DNA of 64,000 bases, taken from Actinomycetes bacterium (GTDB taxonomy: Bacteria > Actinomycetota > Actinomycetes > Nanopelagicales > Nanopelagicaceae). The translations under genes were made by a program, and so were the position numbers. The stretch lies in assembly GCA_037135095.1 (NCBI GenBank), contig JBAXKZ010000005.1, positions 6,326 through 70,325 on the forward strand. Reading direction: 5' to 3'. Below, one piece after another: positions 63,720 through 64,000 of the stretch; the stretch's first letter is position 1; every line of letters starts with the position of its first letter. The notes under the pieces were generated by a model. That model was given only the letters and a program-made list of their open reading frames with translations, had not been told where the DNA came from and ran no database searches.

Positions 63720-63766
63720 AGTTGAATTCTCAACCACTTTACTATAACAATGTTGAAAGTTCAACT
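63720..63766 (-). promoter_or_regulatory. two GTTGAA-N2-(T/C)TCAAC sites bracketing a -10-like TATAGT: candidate yceI promoter/operators
   Basis: Site at 63721-63734 (GTTGAATTCTCAAC, 1 mismatch) and site at 63752-63765 (GTTGAAAGTTCAAC, perfect), with centres 31 bp apart. Minus-strand TATAGT at 63746-63741 lies between them. Confidence 0.4.
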
Positions 63767-63843
63767 ATTCCCAAATCCAGCCATATCTAGTGAATCCCGC
63801 ATGAACAACTGCTGTGACAACAGAAGAATCCGCAAGTTGATTG

Positions 63844-63989
63844 CAAATGCAGGTGGTTGCCTATGCAGGCTCGCCCCATCGCGGATCAAGCAGCGTGAAA
63901 TCACAAATGCAGGTGGTTGCCTATGCAGGCTCGCCCCATCGCGGATCAAGCAGCGTGAAATCACAAATGCAGGTGGTTGCCTATGCAGG
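63844..63989. repeat. perfect 60-bp tandem repeat, 2.4 copies
   Basis: 63844-63903 and 63904-63963 are identical. A third copy matches for 26 nt (63964-63989), and the sequence diverges at 63990, 11 nt before the window end. Confidence 0.95.
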
Positions 63990-64000
63990 TATAAGTTTTC

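Noticed and set aside
63761-63964. Track ORF (67 aa, minus) translating the 60-bp repeat as a stand-alone gene
   Set aside because: The GTG start is arbitrary because the frame is open to the window edge. The composition is odd and the repeat units are nucleotide-identical. It is kept only as a caveat in the repeat finding, not called as a CDS.
63844-63989. Possible CRISPR array (26-nt repeat CAAATGCAGGTGGTTGCCTATGCAGG with 34-nt spacers)
   Set aside because: The two 'spacers' are identical to each other, so the structure is a plain 60-bp tandem repeat. A 26-nt repeat is short for CRISPR and no cas genes are in the window. The array does not clearly continue: the third copy diverges at 63990, and only 11 nt remain before the window ends.

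Overview
This 64 kb window reads as a compact chromosomal core segment of a roughly 50% GC actinobacterium. That call rests on protein motifs and on gene order matching the Mycobacterium tuberculosis Rv1292-Rv1315 region. I could not run any searches, so all names come from recognised motifs and synteny.

A 21 kb block lies entirely on the minus strand: argS-lysA-hom-thrC-thrB-rho-rpmE-prfA-prmC-sua5-glyA-wecA-(atpI-like)-atpBEFHAGDC, which converges on murA. The flanking regions carry:
- glgB (partial), an MFS transporter, a YbbN-like co-chaperone, a DUF4032-like protein, an AI-2E transporter, an aldehyde dehydrogenase and an ABC-2 exporter pair
- a xylFGH-like ABC transporter with xylA, and tRNA-Leu(UAG)
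- metY, glpD/glpK, and an acyltransferase-3/SGNH protein
- rdgB-rph-murI-DUF2017-clpS, a GH18 hydrolase, and argF
- pntAA-pntAB-pntB, a pirin plus Old Yellow Enzyme pair, a DUF222/HNH gene, and yceI

Intergenic spacers are tiny, with many start/stop overlaps. I see no cas genes, transposases, integrases, prophage genes or recognisable defence operons, and no convincing multi-gene novel system.

The observations most worth a second look are regulatory or architectural:
1. A shared GTTGAA-N2-TTCAAC palindrome sits immediately downstream of -10-like boxes at both the pirin/OYE and yceI promoters, suggesting an unassigned regulon operator.
2. A perfect 60 bp tandem repeat runs toward the right edge of the window.
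3. The tRNA-Leu ends 2 nt before the ATG of a secreted-protein gene.
4. Two ultra-short divergent spacers (18 and 23 bp) carry overlapping opposite-strand TANNNT boxes, implying back-to-back leaderless mRNAs.
5. ATP synthase epsilon is only 85 aa, while alpha carries a C-terminal extension.
6. One membrane protein combines a histone-H1-like PAKKA tail with an extracellular FN3-like domain.
7. Interleaved 13 bp inverted repeats cover the xylF ribosome-binding site.
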